IMG/VR virus record: IMGVR_UViG_3300042691_023467
DNA: 20,000 nucleotides
Reading direction: 5' to 3' (one strand)
From: an uncultured virus (IMG/VR IMGVR_UViG_3300042691_023467)
Taxonomy: Duplodnaviria > Heunggongvirae > Uroviricota > Caudoviricetes
Shown: positions 17,019 to 20,000 of the stretch, piece after piece
Numbering within the stretch: the stretch's first letter is position 1
Layout: each line of letters begins with the position of its first letter
Made by a program: the position numbers and the translations under genes
Notes under the pieces: model-generated
The model's input: the letters and a program-made list of their open reading frames with translations, nothing else
The model's database searches: none
Told to the model about the DNA's origin: nothing

Positions 17019-17828
17019 TTAATATTTACAATTGTCTAATATCATTTTAGATTCTTTTTTTAAATCTAAACACTTGATTAATTCATAATCTTTCTCGCCA
17101 TTAACCCATATTATATATGAACTGGGTACACTAAAATTAGTTATTTTTTCCATGATAGTAGAATATAATGAAAGCTGTAAGCTATATTTAGTAAATTCAC
17201 ATTGATCTAAATGTGATAAGCAATCTATCATTTTATCACCTTTAAATCCTTTTCTTTTGATTTCTTTGTTTGTTTTATAATCAAAGATAACGAACTCATT
17301 CTTAACGAAATTATAAGAAAGATTATCAATAGTTCCACAAACACCAGTTTCAGAATCACCTATTACAAATTCGGACTTAATTATTATATGTTCTTTTTTC
17401 CACCAGTCGTAAAAGTTTTTAAAATTTTTAATTAATAGTGCTACGTCTTGATAATATTCTTTTATTGAATTTTTAGTCTTAAATGTTTTCTTATCTTCAA
17501 AAAAGAAATTTATAGCCGTTTTATCTAAAGAAATTTGCTTTCTATTAAAAAAGTTTTCAACGTATTTATGAAATTCAGATCCTTTATGACAAGAATAATC
17601 TCTTTTAAAGTCCCATTGCTCTAGAATTTCTTCAACTGAAAATCCATCTCTTTTGGCTACCACTTCTGCTATAGCTTTAGAATTAAAAGGTTTTTCGAAT
17701 TTTTTTATCAACTGAGAAACTGACATTCTAGCTGGTATTCCATCTATAGTATATTTATGATCCTTTTCATAAAACAATATATTAGAAAACGCATTCTCTA
17801 ATTTTATTAGAGTTTCAAAATTTATCAT
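17019..17828 (-). CDS. PD-(D/E)xK nuclease (RecB/Cas4-like exonuclease)
   Basis: HKY...SVSQLI, GSEFHKYVE, SE, GTIDNL, IFDYKT, YSLQLSLY motifs. Confidence 0.88.
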   Translation of the reverse strand: MINFETLIKLENAFSNILFYEKDHKYTIDGIPARMSVSQLIKKFEKPFNSKAIAEVVAKRDGFSVEEILEQWDFKRDYSCHKGSEFHKYVENFFNRKQISLDKTAINFFFEDKKTFKTKNSIKEYYQDVALLIKNFKNFYDWWKKEHIIIKSEFVIGDSETGVCGTIDNLSYNFVKNEFVIFDYKTNKEIKRKGFKGDKMIDCLSHLDQCEFTKYSLQLSLYSTIMEKITNFSVPSSYIIWVNGEKDYELIKCLDLKKESKMILDNCKY

Positions 17829-19027
17829 TTTCCAAATCCTATTACTCGTTCTTGTTTCTTTTCACTTTTTTCTGGTTTATGTAAAAGATTGTATATATCA
17901 GCAATAACCATATTTTCTGTTATATTATCATCTATTTGTTTTTTAGAAAACCCAAGATGTTTAGCTAGTTTTTTTGAATCTTCAAGATCTAAAGGACCAA
18001 ATTCATAATCGATTTGAAGTCTACCTTTTCTTCTTAAAGCTTCATCAATATCTTGTTTTGGGCAGTTGTATGTTAAAACAATAGGACATTTTAAAATATC
18101 ACCTAATATACCATCTGATATATTTAATAAAGATGTTACAGAAGAAGAATCTATTCCATCATTTAATCTTTTAATGATAGCCTTTTCCGCATCTTCAAGA
18201 ATCAATACAGAATTTTTCTTCTGTAAAAGAGATGCAAAATTGCTTGGGTTGTTGATAAAACTATCAACCATAATAGCTGGGATATATATGAAATCTTTTT
18301 TTACTTGAGTAGTTAAATATTTTAAGAAAGTACTTTTTCCTGTTCCGGGAGGACCATGGAACATGTAAAGCCCTTTATTATTTTCAGATAACCTTTTTAC
18401 GATTTCCTTTTCAACTGTTAAAAATTTACTACCATAATTTAATTCTATGTTAATATTATCCGGCAAATCTAGTTTTATAGGTTCAAAAACAAATTCATCA
18501 TATCGGTTTTTAATAAAGAGATGAATTTTCGAAAAGTTACAATCAACTATGAACGGTTCAAAATCTCGTAGGGGAAGATCATGATTTAGGGATGTATAAT
18601 AAATCATCATTTCATATGTTTTATTTTCAAGATCCTTTAACTTTTCTTGTGCGTCTTCTGGTTCTCCAAAAGATACCAAATCTCCTTTAGAATTTGTAAA
18701 ATATGGCACCTCATCCAATTCGGCTTCTTTAACGATTATCTTAACAAAAACGTTTTTATATTTAAAAATAAAAGTTCCGGCTTTAAAATTTCTATTGTTA
18801 TTCAACAAAGATTTTATTTTACCGGATACTGAATTATAAACCAAGCTTCCATTTTCCAATAAAAAATCTAAAATATTAGACTTAAATGGTTCGTTTACAT
18901 AAAAAACACAAGGAGCGCCTTCGTTTAAAGAACTCAAATGTAAAAAAATAGGAAATTCATTTGTTGAACCGTTACTTTTATAGAATCCAGTTAGATCAGC
19001 TTTAAATTTAGTTTTTGTTGTAAACAT
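17825..19027 (-). CDS. AAA+ ATPase
   Basis: Walker A GPPGTGKS, Walker B LILEDAE, LLNISDG, second region of homology TYN...IDEALRRKGRL, C-terminal RVIGF. Confidence 0.92.
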   Translation of the reverse strand: MFTTKTKFKADLTGFYKSNGSTNEFPIFLHLSSLNEGAPCVFYVNEPFKSNILDFLLENGSLVYNSVSGKIKSLLNNNRNFKAGTFIFKYKNVFVKIIVKEAELDEVPYFTNSKGDLVSFGEPEDAQEKLKDLENKTYEMMIYYTSLNHDLPLRDFEPFIVDCNFSKIHLFIKNRYDEFVFEPIKLDLPDNINIELNYGSKFLTVEKEIVKRLSENNKGLYMFHGPPGTGKSTFLKYLTTQVKKDFIYIPAIMVDSFINNPSNFASLLQKKNSVLILEDAEKAIIKRLNDGIDSSSVTSLLNISDGILGDILKCPIVLTYNCPKQDIDEALRRKGRLQIDYEFGPLDLEDSKKLAKHLGFSKKQIDDNITENMVIADIYNLLHKPEKSEKKQERVIGFGK

Positions 19028-19033
19028 ATCACC

Positions 19034-19061
19034 ATACTACACGGGAAAAAAATATTTTCAA
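19034..19061 (-). promoter_or_regulatory. Sigma70-type promoter
   Basis: TTGAAA (19061-19056), 16 nt spacer, TAGTAT (19039-19034); ATG at 19027 lies at the expected +1. Confidence 0.55.
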
Positions 19062-19213
19062 TAAAATTTTTTATTTTCAATCTATTGACTGAAAGATAAA
19101 CAATTTATAACAAAAAAACAAATAAAAATATTTTTATAATTTTTTACGCATATATTTATAAACAAAGGTAATACAATTTATTTTTTGATTATTTTTTTAA
19201 AAATACTTTATAA

Positions 19214-19221
19214 AATAAGTA
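19214..19221 (+). promoter_or_regulatory. Late promoter box variant AATAAGTA
   Basis: 5 nt upstream of the ATG at 19227. Confidence 0.45.
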
Positions 19222-19226
19222 TTAAC

Positions 19227-19595
19227 ATGAAAAGGTTGACCAAAAAACAAGTACTGGACATTCATGAAAAGTGTCTTAATTTGGTTAAAAGAAAACCACC
19301 TGAGTTTTTTCAACTCAAAAAAATGAAAAAATATCAGGGTTCATGCAATTGGACCGATATAGAAATTGATTATAGAACAGAACTTTTATCAACAGCATAT
19401 CACGAATGCGTACATTATCTATTTCCGGATTTTTCAGAATCGATGGTTCTTTATACCGAAAAAAGAATTGTAAATGTATGTGATCCATTTGATATTTCAT
19501 ATTTTTTAAAAATTCTAGCGAATAAACTTTACAAATCAGAATTTCAAAAGTATATATTAAAACACCGTAAAACTAAAAAGAACAAAACAACATGA
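19227..19595 (+). CDS. Small HExxH protein (putative zincin metallopeptidase fold, 122 aa)
   Basis: YQGSC...IEID...TAYHECVHY...E; ATG at 19227 preferred over the ORF-track start at 19185. Confidence 0.65.
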   Translation: MKRLTKKQVLDIHEKCLNLVKRKPPEFFQLKKMKKYQGSCNWTDIEIDYRTELLSTAYHECVHYLFPDFSESMVLYTEKRIVNVCDPFDISYFLKILANKLYKSEFQKYILKHRKTKKNKTT

Positions 19596-20000
19596 TATTC
19601 GAAGAACAAATCTCGCGCAAACCTAACCTTTACCCTTGGACCGATGAATTTATTGAAGCTATGCACAATGGTTTTTGGACTGATAAAGAATTTTCATTCA
19701 AGTCTGATGTTCAACAATTTAAAGTAAAACTTACTGAACAAGAAAAAGAAATCATAGTTAGAACTCTTTCCGCTATTGGACAAATCGAAATTGCGGTTAA
19801 AACATTTTGGTCTAAGTTGGGAGAGAATCTACCTCATCCATCTCTTGCTGATTTAGGTTTTGTTATGGCTAATGTAGAAGTCATCCACAATAATGCATAT
19901 GAAAGATTGATTACTACATTAGGATTAGAAGATGTTTTTGAAAAAAATTTAAAACTCGACTGGATTCAAGGTCGTGTAAAATATCTTAAAAAATATACAC
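19592..20000 (+). CDS. nrdB: Ribonucleotide reductase beta subunit (class Id-like), 3' end beyond window edge
   Basis: Manual translation: MIFEEQISRKPNLYPWTDEFIEAMHNGFWTDKEFSFKSDVQQFKVKLTEQEKEIIVRTLSAIGQIEIAVKTFWSKLGENLPHPSLADLGFVMANVEVIHNNAYERL...; contains YPW, FW...E...D and ExxHxxxY. Not in the ORF track. Confidence 0.95.
   Translation, partial: MIFEEQISRKPNLYPWTDEFIEAMHNGFWTDKEFSFKSDVQQFKVKLTEQEKEIIVRTLSAIGQIEIAVKTFWSKLGENLPHPSLADLGFVMANVEVIHNNAYERLITTLGLEDVFEKNLKLDWIQGRVKYLKKYT

Noticed and set aside
17019..17828. Cas4 as part of a CRISPR-Cas system
   Set aside because: No C-terminal Fe-S cysteine cluster, no other cas genes or array; better described as a stand-alone phage exonuclease.
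19134..19160. Minus-strand TATAAATA followed by mini-ORF MRKKL
   Set aside because: The ATG is only 1 nt from the box, too close to be transcribed, and such matches arise easily in this extremely AT-rich gap.
19028..19226. Replication origin or structured ncRNA in the AT-rich divergent intergenic region
   Set aside because: No iterons or stable GC-containing stems visible; divergent promoters suffice to explain it.
651..19500. Short or antisense ORFs in the track (651, 4764, 5607, 7414, 9138, 12340, 12865, 13291, 14009, 16071, 16566, 16756, 18066, 18308-region, 18647, 19315)
   Set aside because: All lie opposite well-supported genes and have the F/S/L-rich composition expected from reading K/E-rich genes backwards.
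1..20000. Stop-codon reassignment, since no accepted gene ends in TAG
   Set aside because: Genes are full length and densely tiled under the standard code with no in-frame TAG/TGA interruptions; TAA bias is expected at this AT content.

Overview
Very AT-rich, gene-dense segment of a large T4-related (myovirus-type) phage genome, in the standard genetic code. The left 12 kb, mostly on the minus strand, is a packaging/tail module: gp17-like large terminase (runs off the left edge and is absent from the ORF track), gp53/LysM-like and gp48-like baseplate proteins, a gp29/tape-measure-like protein, two gp26-like hub proteins (one apparently fused to a gp51-like domain), two tube-fold genes and an enlarged (~904 aa) gp18-like sheath. 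A plus-strand island (12.0-15.0 kb) holds phoH, two Zn-ribbon proteins and several small proteins that share an N-terminal F-[DN]-x-[LV]...E motif suggestive of capsid-targeted internal proteins. Next come a gp14-like neck gene, an acidic prohead-core-like gene, a coupled AAA ATPase and PD-(D/E)xK nuclease pair, an HExxH protein and the 5' part of a ribonucleotide reductase beta subunit with class Id signatures. The most notable non-coding pattern is a TAA[A/G]TA late-promoter box 5-12 nt before many start codons, plus two sigma70-like promoters whose +1 falls on the ATG, implying largely leaderless transcripts. All family calls come from motif recognition by eye; no searches were run. No CRISPR array, RNA gene or mobile element was seen.
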